Assembly: GCF_009914755.1 (NCBI RefSeq)
Contig: NC_060946.1
DNA: 64,000 nt
DNA from: the human T2T-CHM13v2.0 reference genome, Homo sapiens
Direction: 5' to 3' (one strand)
In this document: positions 51,401-64,000 of the stretch, one piece after another
How the letters are laid out: each line of letters starts with the position of its first letter
Numbering within the stretch: position 1 is the first letter of the stretch
The notes under the pieces: generated by a model
Databases searched by the model: none
The model's input: only the letters and a program-made list of their open reading frames with translations
Told to the model about the DNA's origin: nothing
Made by a program: the position numbers and the translations under genes

Positions 51401-52576
51401 TGCAAGCCAAACAAACAAACAAAAAGAATAGAAAAAAATTAATCCTAAAATTTATATATAATATTGAGAGAATCTAAATAGTCAAAATCATCTTGTAAAA
51501 GAAGAACAGTGTTGGAGATTTCACACCGATTTCAAAACATACTACAAAGCTACACTAATCAAAGCAGAGTGGTACATATAGACAGACATACTGACAAATA
51601 AAACAGAACTGAGTGCCTAAAAAAACCTCTTAGTTATACAGTCAAATAATTTTAAACAAAGTTGTCAAGACCATTTAGTGGAAAAGGACAGTCTTTTTCA
51701 CAAATACTGTTGAGAAAACTGGATATTCACCAGCAATCTGGAAATGGATGAAAGACCCAAATGGAAGAGCCAAAACTGTCAAAATCTTAAAAGAAAACAT
51801 TAGGGAGAAGGTTCATAATATAGGGTTTGGAAATGACTTCGTTAATATGACACCAAAGGCACAGAAAAAAATAGAAAAAGAAGAATATAGATAAATTGGA
51901 TTTTATCAAATTGTAAAACTTATGGGCATCAAAGGACACTATCAACCGAGCAAACATTTGAATCATAGAATAGGAAAGATTGTCGCAAATTTTGCATCTG
52001 ATAAGAGATGCAGACTATAGAAAGAACTCCTACCACTCAAGAGTAACTACAAAAATGAAAACAATCTGAATTATATGGGCAAAAAACTTGAGTTCGTATT
52101 GAGTAGACTCCAAAGAAGATCTACAAATGGGCAATAAGCACATGGAAAGATGTTCAGCATCACTAATCATTAGGCCAGTGAAAATCAAACCACAATAATA
52201 TACAACTCCACACCCATTAGGATGGCATTACCAAAATAATAGAAAATAACAAGATCTAGCAAAGACGTATAGAAATTATAACTGTTATGCATTGCTGGAG
52301 GGACTATAAAATGATGCACCCATTGTGGAGGTCTTATGGCATTTCCCCAAAAAAATTAAACGTAGAATTGCCATTTTATCGGAATTTTCAGTTCTGGGTA
52401 TGTGCCTCAAATAATTGAAAGCAGGATCTCAAAGAGAAAATTGTACACCCTTGTTCATAGCAGCGTCGTTCACAATAGCTAAAAGGTGGAGGCAGCTCAA
52501 GTGTCATCTAATGGATAAACGGGATACAGTATACACACACAAGGGAATAGTATTCAACCTTAAAAAGAAAGTTCTG

Positions 52577-53047
52577 CTATTCTGAATAATGCCGCAATAA
52601 ACATACGTGTGCATGTGTCTTTATAGCAGCATGATTTATAGTCCTTTGGGTATATACCCAGTAATGGGATGGCTGGGTCAAATGGTATTTCTAGTTCTAG
52701 ATCCCTGAGGAATTGCCACACTGACTTCCACAATGGTTGAACTAGTTTACAGTCTCAGTAAACTATTGCAAGAACAAAAAACCAAATGCCGCATATTCTC
52801 ACTCATAGGTGGGAACTGAACAATGAGAACACATGGACACAGGAAGGGGAACATCACACTCTGGGGACTGTTGTGGGGTGGGGGTAGGGGATAGGGATAG
52901 CATTGGGAGATATACCTAATGCTAGATGACGAGTTAGTGGGTGCAGCGCACCAGCATGGCACATGTATACATATGTAACTAACCTGAACATTGTGCACAT
53001 GTACCTTAAAACTTAAAGTATAATAATAATAAATTAAAAAAAAAAAA
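52577..53047 (+). mobile_element. 5'-inverted (twin-primed) young L1, L1PA2-like
   Basis: Inverted segment 52577-52754 and sense 3' end 52754-53047 with GAG at the Ta-diagnostic site; TSD AAAGTTCTG; empty site in the paralog at ~26640. Confidence 0.88.
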
Positions 53048-53535
53048 GTTCTGACTCATGCGATGGCATTGATGAACCTTAAAGACATCACGCCAGCAGA
53101 AATAAGCTGGCTTCAAAAGGACAAATATTGTTTGCTTGCCCTTATATGAGGTATCTAGAGTAGTCAAATCCATACAGACAAGAAGTAGAATGATGTTTTC
53201 CAGGTGTTAAGTTTTGGTTTGGGAAGATGAAAAATTTCTGGAGATAAATGGTGGTACTGTGGTTGTACAACAGTGTTAATTTACTTAATGACACTGAAGT
53301 ATACACTTGAAAATGGTTAAAATAATGAATTTTGCATTTGAATAATTTACCACTGTACAAAAGAGGAAGATTTATATTCAGTGTAGTTTCTCTACCAAGA
53401 ACAATCAAAACATACAGGATTGGGAGAGTGTGCCTGAGTATTAGGACACCCTTCCTTTTATGCCAGCCTGCAGCTTCCTAAGAGGCCAATAGAGTTGGAA
53501 GCGCCTCATTACTGGTGACTCAAAGTAATGTGAGA

Positions 53536-55843
53536 AAGTCTGGGAGTGACCATGATGTAAGTGGTGGGTGTCTGACCCAGCCCAGGAGCAGCCGCAAATG
53601 CAGCAGCTGCCAAAAAGGGGGAGATGAAACTGATGGCAGCAGTAACAGCCTCTCCAGCTGGAGTGGGGCATCTGCTCTTGTGCAAAATGGTTCACAGTTG
53701 ATACATTTAGCACAGAATCTCATCCTGTCTACCTGTCATGATCAACTACAATTTTTATTGCAAAGTATGCCATCAGAGTGGCATATTTTATCCAGCAGCA
53801 AGCAAACATGAAGGAAGTTTCCCTTAGTGCTTTGGTCAAACTGGCATGGCAGTCCTGAACACTGAATGAATATCCAAAGACAAGGTTCTCCAAAGATAAA
53901 GATATTATACTATTTATTGATAAATACTGGGAGTGCATGATGACCATTCAGACACCTGGGAAAATGACTTGGCTGAATAACATTGTTAAAACAATGAGTA
54001 AAAAAAGAGATGTGCTCTTGGTAAAGGAACACCTGGATCCAGGGTATAAAGACCGGAAAGAAGACTACCGCAGATTTGGACTTTTGGATCAGGACTTGGT
54101 AACATTGACCCTGTTTACGACAACCAAAAACAAAGCAGTGCTGTGTCTACAGTGGGAATCTGAGTCAGGAAACTGCAGCAGGAACAGCAGAAAAAAGGAA
54201 GAGGAGCTCAGTGCAAACAGAAGGATGGGGAGACCACAGGGACCACCAAGAAGGCCCAGAGTGACTTTTTGTTTTCCGCTCAGGGCTGTCCTCCTCACAC
54301 CCCTTGGATCACACATTTAATGAAGACGGCTACTGGTATAGTCTAACTTAGCCTGATCCTCACACGGTTGGTCCTCAGAAGCTTGAAATTAACTGCTGGG
54401 CAGGAAAACCTATTCCTGGAGACCTCTACAGTGACTGCTTCTATGAACAGGTTTTGTTAGATCAACATGATTAAGCTCCCCAGTTAGAGATCTCCAGTGA
54501 CTGGCTGGCTGACTGTGGTTGGAAAGAAGGTCTACTTTATGGTGCAGACCTCTCATGGGATACGGAAAGGGTCCTGGTACTTTGAAATCACCATGAATGA
54601 GATGCCACCAGACACCACTGCCAGACTGGGTTGATCTCAGCCCTAAGGTAACTATGAAGCTCCCTTAGGTTATGATAAATTTAGTTATTATTGGCAGAGC
54701 AAAAGGGAATCAATTTCCACCAGTCCACTGGCGAACACTACTGTTTTAGCTATGGGCAGGGAGACATCCTACGATTTTATATTAATCTTCCTGAAAACCC
54801 AAGAGACAGCCAAGTTACCAAGATAAGGCTTTGATAAAGTTCAACAATTATTTTTATTTTGTGGAAAAAGACTTTGTGGCTAAAGCAGGGAAGAGTCTAA
54901 AACAGATTCCATATAGTAAAATAATATTTTATAAACATGGTGTCAATCAAGATGTGGCTTCAAAAGATATTTTTAGGGGGTTACTTTTAGCCATCTCACT
55001 GGACAAGAGCTTCATAGTTTCCATTAACTTTGGACTGTGCTCCAAGTATCCTCCAAAGAATCTCACTTACTGCCCTGTGAGTGACATGGGCTGGGATGCT
55101 GTGGTAGAGCACACTCTGGCTGATGTCTTGTATTTTCTGGAGACAAAAGAGGATGGGGGCACAGTCCTCCATGGGAACCCTGAACAGGTCCTTCTTTCTT
55201 TTCAGATATGGACTTTCTGGGGAATAATATTGGGTGGCTTTTGTTGTTGTTATTGTTTTTGAACTGTCTTAAATGTTCTCCCAAAGATGCTACAGAACAT
55301 AGCCTATCCATTTACCAAGTTAAAAGGCTGAGTAGGACTGTGAGAGATGCCCTGCTCATCATCATTCTTCTTCCACTTCCAGTGACTGCTCTTATATTCT
55401 TTGCCATAAGCCAACAACCGCTCATCCCAAGATCTCATAATCCCTCTGTAAAACTGATGCTGTACTACATACCTTGCCAGCTGGGACTTGTAATCTTACT
55501 GTATTTTCTAAGGAGTGAATAATCTTGTCCAGGTAACTAACATATTTAAAGACATTTTCTTCTGTGGACACTGACTCCATGCCACCTGTTTTCCAAAGAA
55601 GTGGTGAAGCTGTTTCTGAGAACACCTAAAATCAATGGTTGTACATTCCAAACCAATCTAAAAGTGATTTCCTTTTGCTGTGGGTTTGGTTCTATTACTG
55701 ATTTGGAAATATACCTTTGAACACTGAGATCTCTGAAACTACTAGACTTCTAGAAGTGTAATTGTATAAGAAGTCTGTTTGCAGCTTTAACAAAATGAGA
55801 AACTCTTCCCAAATTAAAGCTTTCTTTGAAGTTAAAAAAAAAA
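53536..55843 (+). pseudogene. ASH2L processed pseudogene, longer copy
   Basis: Intronless; [16 protein letters not shown]...[12 protein letters not shown]-domain remnants, [18 protein letters not shown]; polyA 55834-55843; TSD AAAGTAATGTGAGA (53522) / AGAATAATGTGAGA (55843); many frameshifts. Confidence 0.95.
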
Positions 55844-56925
55844 GAATAATGTGAGATTGGAACCTGTGAGGTCTGAGGATTCCCAAGAGTACTCTCAATT
55901 CTGACGCTAATTGTAACCTAAGGGCTCCCCAACAGCCCTTCACTTCTTATGATTCCCTAGAAAAACTCACATAACTCCCTGAAACCTGTGACATTTATTG
56001 ATACAAATTTTTACAGCAAAATAATACAGATTAAGATAATTCAAGGGAAGAGGCACATGGGCAGAGTTCAGGAGAATTCCAAGCACAAGCACCCAGTTGT
56101 CCTCTCCCAGTGGAGAAATAGACAGTGCTTCATTTTGCTCACAGCAATGTGTGATTCTGTGTATGAAACACCTATTTCCTGGGTGAGCCAACCAGGAAAG
56201 CTCACCCAAGCTTGGTGTCCAGAGGGCTTTTAAGGGGTGGTCTGGGTGAGAGTGGGGTTATTATGTAGACCTTGTGGATCATCCTCAAGGCTCACTTCAG
56301 TTTCCATTGAATTAACAATAAAACTTAAACCTTCAATCTTTGGTTATTTTCTTTTTAAAAATTCTCTGAAGTAAATTATTATTAAAATTCTCACTTAAGA
56401 CAGCTGTTTATCCAATATGAGGCTCAATATAAACAGTTTCAAAAAGTCAGTAGGTCATTAAAACAATTTCTTCAGTCATTCAAACCATTCAGATAAAAAT
56501 TAACACCATGTAATACAAAAATTGAATTATAGTCACAGGGACAGGATTTCAGCAATGGCAAGAAAAAGTAGTGCAAATAGGAATGAGCAAAGAATAGACA
56601 AGTAATGGGTGTGAATTGGCCTCGGAAATACCATGGTAATGTCAAAAAGATAAATCAATTGTTATTTTGTTAAATAAGTGAAAGGCCAGGCATTCTCAGT
56701 CCAGGAAAGCCATCACAGGGCAGTCTGAGTCTTCTGCATCTTAAGAAGCTCAAGAGGTTCAAACTTAATAAACCCTGCACAGTTGCTCACTGGTTCATGT
56801 AAAATGCTAGAGCAGTTGCTTCCTCCCACTCAGCAAATCCACAGCACACAGTCACCCTGGTCTGGCCCTTCACAGTGTAGATGCCCTCAGGGCTAAGAAC
56901 CTGAGTGGTTCTAAAAGTAGTAAAG

Positions 56926-56933
56926 ATTTGCAT
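56926..56933 (+). promoter_or_regulatory. Octamer (IGLV7-35)
   Basis: ATTTGCAT 118 bp upstream of the ATG. Confidence 0.88.
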
Positions 56934-57043
56934 AAAGTACCACACAACACACCCTCTCCACATAGGGAGCTCAGTAGGACATAAAGAGCCATCAGAATCC
57001 AGCCCCGACTCTGGAGCCAGGAGTCCCTTCTAATATCAGCATC

Positions 57044-57494
57044 ATGGCCTGGACTCCTCTCCTTCTCCTTCTCCCCATGTACCTCCTCACTTGCTGCCCA
57101 GGTTAATAGAGATTTCAAATACCAGCCTTTGGAGGGATTCCTGTGTCTCCCTTTCTAATTCCCAACATGTGTCTGTTTTTTGTTTCAGGGTCAAATTCTC
57201 AGGCTGTGATGACTCAGGAACCCTCACTGACTGTGTCCCCAGGAGGGACAGTCACTCTCACCTATGGCTCCAGCACTGGAGCAGTCAATGGGGGTCATTA
57301 TCCTTACTGGTTCCAGCAGAAGCTTGGCCAAGCCCCCAGGACACTGATTTATCATGCAAGCAACAAACACTCCTGGACCCCTGCCCAGTTCTCAGGCTCA
57401 GTCCTTGGGAGCAAAGCTGCCCAGACACTCTTGGGTGTGCAGCCCGAGAGGTGAAGCTGAGTACTACTGCTTACTGCACCATAGTCGTGCTTGG
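57044..57494 (+). pseudogene. IGLV7-35: IGLV7-35 pseudogene (leader 57044-57101; L2+V 57189-57494)
   Basis: [51 protein letters not shown]; first Cys>Tyr; frameshift in FR3 giving TGA at 57452-57454. Confidence 0.92.
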
Positions 57495-57533
57495 CACAGT
57501 GACAGACTCAGAAGAGGAACCGAGACATAAACC
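57495..57533 (+). other. 23-RSS of IGLV7-35 (intact)
   Basis: CACAGTG + 23 nt + ACATAAACC. Confidence 0.93.
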
Positions 57534-58623
57534 TCTCTAGGCCCTTGTGATATGAAGATCATATGATCACGCACACCAGCTCTCAAGGCAGCCTACATGT
57601 GGACCAGCCATAGAAAGGGGAAGGAAAGGATCTGAATTGATTCCTATCCCTGCTTAAGCCCTGAAGTGAAGGAAATGTGAGAATGATCTGGGAAGAACTG
57701 GATCAAAAAAAAAATCAGAAGTTTATTGCTTTGTATTCTAAAAGGAGCACTAACAGCTGGATCAGATCTAAAGGCTGAGGCTAAATGCATTTCCTCCAGA
57801 AAGAAGCATCTTCAAAGTATGGGGTTTCTGAGCTAAGAGTAAAGAGAAGAAACTCTACTTTTGTATATTTCTAAAGTTTGTTTTATTGAGTTACTTTCAA
57901 AGCAATACATGCCTATTATGTGGAATCAGAAAGTATTAAAAATCACCAAGTTCTCTGCAAAGCTACCTTATCCCAGATAATCAATAGAAGTACATTTCTT
58001 CATTTGGATGCATTCTCTCATTTTTGTTGTCAATATTTTCACAATGGTTATCAAACCTTGTGCTCATTCCTCTGGTTTTATACAGCTTTTTGCTCTGTCA
58101 TTTAATGTTAATGTAAGTAGTTTTCCATTTATTTGAAAGGGTAAAATATTTGAGTAGTTGCTAATTTTATTTTTATTTGAATACCAATGAAAAATTATAA
58201 TTTGGGGTAATTCAAATTGCTTGTCAGACAAAGATGTGACATTGGGCTATTATTAAAATGCTCCTGGTCTTCTCTGTGGATTTAGTGAAGTCAAACAAAA
58301 TGCCTGCAATTTTCTATGGAAAGCCTTGAGTACATTATGCCTGACTTCACAATGCAGAAAATAGAGAAACAAGAATTTCCTGCTCATGTTTGCTGGAGCA
58401 TAATAGATTCAGGTACGAGGAACAACTTATATTGAAAACTACGTCAATGTCTCCATGCATGTGTTAGAACAGTACTTCCCAAACTCTATTGTGCATACAA
58501 ATTATCTGGGGATTTTATAAAATGCAGATTCTTATTCAGTGGGTCTGGAGTGAGGACACAATCTCTGCATTTCTCACATGTGCCTGCCACACAAAATCCA
58601 CATATATATTTGAATAATAACAA

Positions 58624-58935
58624 GTCCAGCCAGCAGTGGAGGCTCATATGTGTAATCTTAGCACTTTGGGAAGCTGAGGCAAAAAGATTACTCGAAGCCA
58701 GGAGTTTGAAACCAGCCAAGAGCAACATAGCAAGATATTTTCTCTATAGTTTTTTTTAAATAATAAAAAATGAATTAGCCAGGCATAGTGCTGTATGCTT
58801 GTAGCCCTAAGTACTAAGGAGGCTGAGGCAGGAGGAGAGCTTCAGCCCAGGAGTTCAAACCTGCAGTGAGCTATGATCATGCCACTGCACTTGAGCCTGG
58901 GTAACAGAGTGAGACCTTGTCTCTAATAATAATAA
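58624..58935 (+). mobile_element. AluJ
   Basis: Paralog of 30727-31040. Confidence 0.85.
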
Positions 58936-59557
58936 GAAAAACGACAACATATCCATAAGACTAGTATCAAATAAGGAGAATCCTTGGCAGGCAAGAACCT
59001 AGGAGAAATCTCTGACATAGGGAATTTACCAGCTTGCATGATAGAAGAACCCCACACTCCATGGAGGGAGATGACCAGGGAGGACAGCTGCAAAGCTAGG
59101 AAAGGCTCCCCTTTCTTTGAGAGCAAAAACAAAAGCAAACAAACAACAAACCTGACCTTCCCTCTGGCTCCTGTCCAACACTCTTACTGGCTCCTCCTTC
59201 AGCCTTTCCTATAATGTGGCCCATCCTTACCCTCTCCCCTTCCACATCTCTGATTCCTGAATTCCCTTCTTTGTTCTCTTTCCCTTTGCTACCACCCACT
59301 TCTCCCCTCTAATCTCTTGAGTTAATTATCAAGGGCTTTATAACAGGAAACTCATTGGCATTTTTTCTGCATCTGTCCTTGAAGTTGACACTCATACTTT
59401 TATCTCTTTCTTGAACCTCTCAGATATGCTTAGAACTGAAGAAGCCCGAAGTTGATTGATTCTGTTTTTTCACCTCAGCCAGCACCTTCTTCTTCTCCTT
59501 TCCAGGAGAATCTGTATTTCTCTGTATTTCCAGAATTCTCTGTATTTCCAGTGAATC

Positions 59558-60113
59558 TGTCAGACACAGTAAGTACCTCTTCAAAGGTTTAATTTCTGAC
59601 TTCATTGTTCTTTGTTCTCGAGATGAACTTCCTTGTCCCTTCTCCTAAGCTACCTGCTCTGTAAACAACTTCTCCCACCAGTCCCAATCTGTAACTCACA
59701 TCTCCTCCTTATTTAGAAAGAGTCCTCTTTTACTCCTTGCTACCCATTCTGTAAACTGCCCCTCCCACAAAACTACCCTTCCCACATTTGCCACGCCCTG
59801 ACATGCCCAAACATACCTTGTACCATAATGGACTGCCTCTCCCTTCCCACCTAATTAGCCATACTCAATTTTAAACAGTAGCCAATCAGGTCAGTTTAGA
59901 TTGTGTGGTCCAACTCCAGCCAATGGGGACAGGACACAGAAGCAGGGACTAACCACGTTAGGGATGAAAACCCCTTCCCTCCTTTGTTTGGTGTGCTCTT
60001 GCAGTGGTCAGAAGTGCAAGCGGCACTCTTCTGTAGAAATAAGTTTGCCTTGCTGAGAAATATTTTGTCTGAGTGCTCATTTTCCTTGCGACTCTGAGCT
60101 CTTGTTTCTAACA
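59558..60113 (+). mobile_element. 5' LTR of an LTR10-family (HERV-I/IP10) provirus
   Basis: TGTCAGACA...TTTCTAACA termini; two CCAAT boxes; followed by a decayed tRNA-Pro-like PBS (AGGGGGTCATCTGGGAT); paralogous empty site at 32223/32224. Confidence 0.85.
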
Positions 60114-63100
60114 AAATAGGGGGTCATCTGGGATTCCCATTCTCCTCTGAGGAAGGGCCTCTGATCACCTCTTAGGAGGAGATGCATCCCACTGCTTCAT
60201 TGCAGTGGCCTCAGGGGTAAGGAATCAGGACCCACCCAGCATGATAAATAAACCCAGACTCTCAGCAACACAGGAAGAAAAGGCCTACAGTTACCGTGGT
60301 GACCAGGTAACTGTGCACAGACAAAGGTAAGAAAAACCACTAGGGCAGTGAAGTACTTCCTTAGTGGTCAGGACATTCTGCAGGTTGAAAATGTGTGAAT
60401 GAGATGCACAATTAAGTGCAAAGTGAGTGTGGAGTAAAGTAAAGGGTGCAAGAAATCTCTAGTAAGAGAGGTTGAGCCCCAGGGAAATGGTGCAAGAAAT
60501 CTCTAGTAGGAGAGGTTGAGCCCCACGCACACTCAGCAGGGAAAGGAGAGCGAGAAACCTCCAGTAGCGGGGATTGAGCCTCCAGGGAAAAGGGTGCAAG
60601 AAATCTTTAATACGAGAGATTGAGCCCCCATTAACCTCCAAGACGGGAGTGCAAGAAATCTCTAATATGAGAGATATGAGCCCCCATTAACTTCCAGGAT
60701 ATGAAATACCCTAGTAAAACAAGAACTACAAAGGGCAAAGGAGATAACACAATTCCCTCTGATAGCCTTCTAGGTCTCATGTTAAAATATTGGAGGGATA
60801 ATGAAAGGACTAAACACAAGAAAAAGCAACAAATGATCAAATATGGGAATTGTTTTATTTGGACCAAAGAACCTATTCTCAAACCTTCAGTTTTCTGGCC
60901 AAGGTTTGGATCAAATGAGAGTTGGATTTGTCAACTTTTAATAGAGTATGTAAATGACAAAAGTCCTGCTTCCCAAGAGGAAATAGACTCTGCTGTGTCT
61001 TGGTGGCAGGGGCCGGTCCTCCTCTACCCCCTTAAAACTAGTAAGGATAAGCCAGAAACTAATTCCCCTGTAGGAACTAAGGCCCCACCCCTGAGCAATC
61101 CATGTGGGATCCCTTAGACCATCTGCCTCCACCAGATACCCCTAACTTCTCTCAAGCAGCCACCCAGACCCTTCCCCTGCTCACATTATGCCCTCCCTCC
61201 TTATAATCCTGACTGTTAGGGCTGTCCCCAACCTGAACGCCCTCCTGCAAGAAGGCTTCAACGTGAGATAGAGCAATGTAAAAAGGATATTCAAAACTTC
61301 CCTTTCCCCTCCTCCTCAAAAGAGTCTGCCCCAATCGTTTTTCCCTTAAGGGAAGTGTTTCTAGGAGGAGAGGGAGTTGGCTTTGTAAATGTCCCCTTAA
61401 CTAGTTCAGAGGTCAGAAACCTGAGGGAAGAACTTAAACCACTATTAGATTATCCTTTTGGGGTCGTGGATCAAATTGACCAATTTGTAGGATCACAAGT
61501 ATACACTTAGGCTGAGCTAATGTCCATCTTAAGTGTTCTCTTTCCGGGGGAGGAAAGAACCATGATACAGAAGGCTACTATGATAGCCTGGGAGTGCAAA
61601 TATCCTCCCAGTCAAAATACCCCTGCAGCAGAACAAAAATTTCTGGCCCAAAACCCCCAATGGGATAATAACAATGCAGCCAACTGAGAAAACATGAAAG
61701 ACCTTAGGGAAAAGGTAGTTAAAGGGATTCAGGAATCAGTGCCTCAAACCCAAAATATTTCCTGAGCATTTAATATACAGCAGGGAAAAGACCAGGGAGC
61801 CATGGAGTTTTTAAACAGACTCAAGGAACAGATGAGAAAATAGGCAGGCTTAAACATAAAGGATCCCCTTAGGCAGGGATGTTAAAACTCCATTTTGTTA
61901 CTAATAGTTGGCCAGATATCATGAAGAAATTACAGAAAATAGAGACCTGGAAATATCGGCCTATAGAGGGAACAAGAGGGCAGGGAGAGGAGAGAGAAAG
62001 ACTGACAGAGGGAACGGAGGGAGCCAGGGAGAGAGGGGGGGAGATACAAAGGCAGAAAGAGAGAGAGGGAGGGAGAGACAGAGAGGCAGATAGATGGAGA
62101 GGCAGAGAGACAGTGAGGAAAAGTCAGAGACCCAGACAGAGAGGGAGAGAAAGAGAGGCAGAGGGAGAGAAAGAGGACGAAACAAATGTTTCAAATGTGA
62201 AAAAATAGGTCACTTCAAAAGAGAATGTCCTGAATGGGAAAAAGAAACAAAAGTCATATATAAAAGCAGATCAGCTAATATTAAATTTCTGTTAATTCCA
62301 GAGGCAGGAACATATCTATTAGGGAGAGATTTAATGCTAAAATTTGGCTTAGGCCTTTATATTAATCAGGGAAAATTTCTCATCTCCTTAAACCTACTCA
62401 CCACCACGGATGAAGAGCGTATCCATCCTGACACATGGTCAAAAGAAGAAAATTGGGGGAAATTACAGTTCCTCCAATCAAGCCCAAATTAAAAACTCCT
62501 GGGGAGGTAGTAAAAAACCAAAATCTTTCTTTTGAAAGCTGAGGGAATAACCTCACAGACCAAATAGCCAAACAAGCTGCCATTTCCTCTGAAACGCCCA
62601 TGTTTCACCTCACCCCTTGCCTTTCTCCCCCAACCGCCATTGCCATCTTCTCCCCTGCTGAAAAGGAGAAATTAATAAGAATAGGAACCAAGGAAAACTC
62701 AGAAGGGAAATGGGTGTTACCAGATCAAAGAGAAATGCTATCCAAACCTCTCATGAGGGAGGTTTTATCTCAGCTGCATCAAGGAACCCACTGGAGACCT
62801 CAAGCTATGTGTGATGCAGTTCTTAGAGACTATGGATGTATAGGAATTTATACTCTAGCAAAACAAGCTACAGATAGTTGTTTAATATGCAAAAAAACTA
62901 ATAAGCAAACCCTAAGAAAACCATCCTTTGGAGGAAGAAACCCAGGAAATTAAGGCCATTCCAAAGCATCCAGATAGATTACACCAAAATGGCCTCAATA
63001 GGTCACCTAAAGTATCTACCAGTAATAGTGGATCACCTTACTCGCTGGGTAGAAGCTATTCCCTTTTCAAGTGTAGCCACCAGTAATGTAGTTTAGACAT

Positions 63101-64000
63101 TAACTGAAAATATTATACCTAGGTTTGGATTAATAGAAAATATTGATTCAGATAATGGAAACTATTTCCCTGCACATGTCATTAAAAAGCTAGCCCAAGT
63201 ATTACAAATAAGATGGGAATACCATATCCCTGGCACCCACCTTTATCAGAAAGAGTAGAAAGAATGAACCAAATCCTAAAAAGCCACCTAATCAAACTAG
63301 TTTTAGAGACTCGACTACCTTCCTATTGCCTAATTGAGGGTCCGAACTGCCCCTCGGAAAGATATTGGCTTATCTCCTTAAGAAATGCTATACGGGTTGC
63401 CTTATTTACACTCCACTGCTGACATTCCTACATTTGAAACTAAAGATCAATTTCTCAAGAACTATATAATTGGTCTGTCTTCCACTTTCTCTTCCCTCAG
63501 AACTAAAGACCTTTTAGCACTGACACCACCCTTGGAGCTCCCAGCACATCAGCATCAGCCTGGGATCACATTCTCATCAAAAGCTGGAAAGAAGGAAAAC
63601 TCGAACCGGCTTGGGAAGGACACTATCTAGTGCTTCTAACTACAGAAATTGCTGTCCGCACAGCTGAAAGGGGATGGACACCCCACACACAAGTGAAAGG
63701 AGTGATTTTCACAGCGAGAGAAAAATGGGCCGTCACCCCAGGGCCCACCCGCACCAAATTAAAAAGGGCTGAATAATCATTTGTTTATTTTCCCTTTTCT
63801 TTCCAACAGAAAGTCACCTCATCATCAGTGTGCCTCAAACTAATCGTCCCTTAACCCTCCAGTTCGATGCTTGTTCAGTCACCTCATGTAGAGATGAACG
63901 AGCTCAAAGGCAGCTATCAAATGTAGATAAGTATCTGTGTCCGTACCGTAGTGAGTCAACCAAGTATAAGTATAGAGCCTTAAAAAGTCCCTGTGGTGAC
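60114..64000 (+). mobile_element. HERV-IP10-type internal region: defective gag, protease remnant, integrase and env start (continues beyond the window)
   Basis: Gag (SLLGLMLKYWRDNERTKHKKKQQMIKY; CFKCEKIGHFKREC zinc knuckle at 62187-62228); protease LLGRDLM; integrase HHCC (LHQGTHW...CLIC); env-like LTLQFDACSV at ~63850; multiple stops. Confidence 0.88.
60445..60685 (+). repeat. Five degenerate ~36-bp direct repeats in the ERV pre-gag leader
   Basis: GGTGCAAGAAATCTCTAGTAAGAGAGGTTGAGCCCC and variants at ~60445, 60489, 60547, 60593, 60648. Confidence 0.85.

Noticed and set aside
60445-60685. Direct repeats with variable spacers resembling a CRISPR array
   Set aside because: They lie between the PBS and gag of an endogenous retrovirus in human DNA; the repeats are degenerate, the spacers are short and related to each other, and there are no cas genes
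61908-62208. Arg/Glu-rich ORFs (also 49812-50100)
   Set aside because: Translations of purine-rich simple repeats

Overview
Human germline immunoglobulin lambda variable-gene region (IGL cluster B, 22q11.2), with all recognisable V genes on the + strand. Order: IGLV5-39 (intact; an insertion-polymorphic gene, here upstream of IGLV1-41), a degenerate clan-I-like V pseudogene, IGLV1-41 (acceptor AG>AC plus TAG), IGLV1-40, IGLV(I)-38 (pseudogene), IGLV5-37, IGLV1-36 and IGLV7-35 (pseudogene). Each has an octamer promoter, leader exon, V exon and 23-RSS, either intact or decayed. The window is built from old tandem segmental duplications. The largest (~16.0-32.2 kb vs ~38.2-59.6 kb) carries two ASH2L processed pseudogenes and many copy-specific insertions: SVA, HERV-L/MLT2A, MADE1, inverted L1PA2, an L1PB 3' transduction, AluY and an LTR10/HERV-IP10 provirus. 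I found no novel protein-coding or defence system. The most notable observations are a 'ghost' IGLV7 locus whose gene body is deleted but whose octamer and near-consensus CTCF motif remain, co-oriented CTCF motifs that track V-gene functionality, IGLV5-39 out of numerical order, and possibly unannotated V relics. Gene names and repeat subfamilies come from recalled sequences, not database searches.
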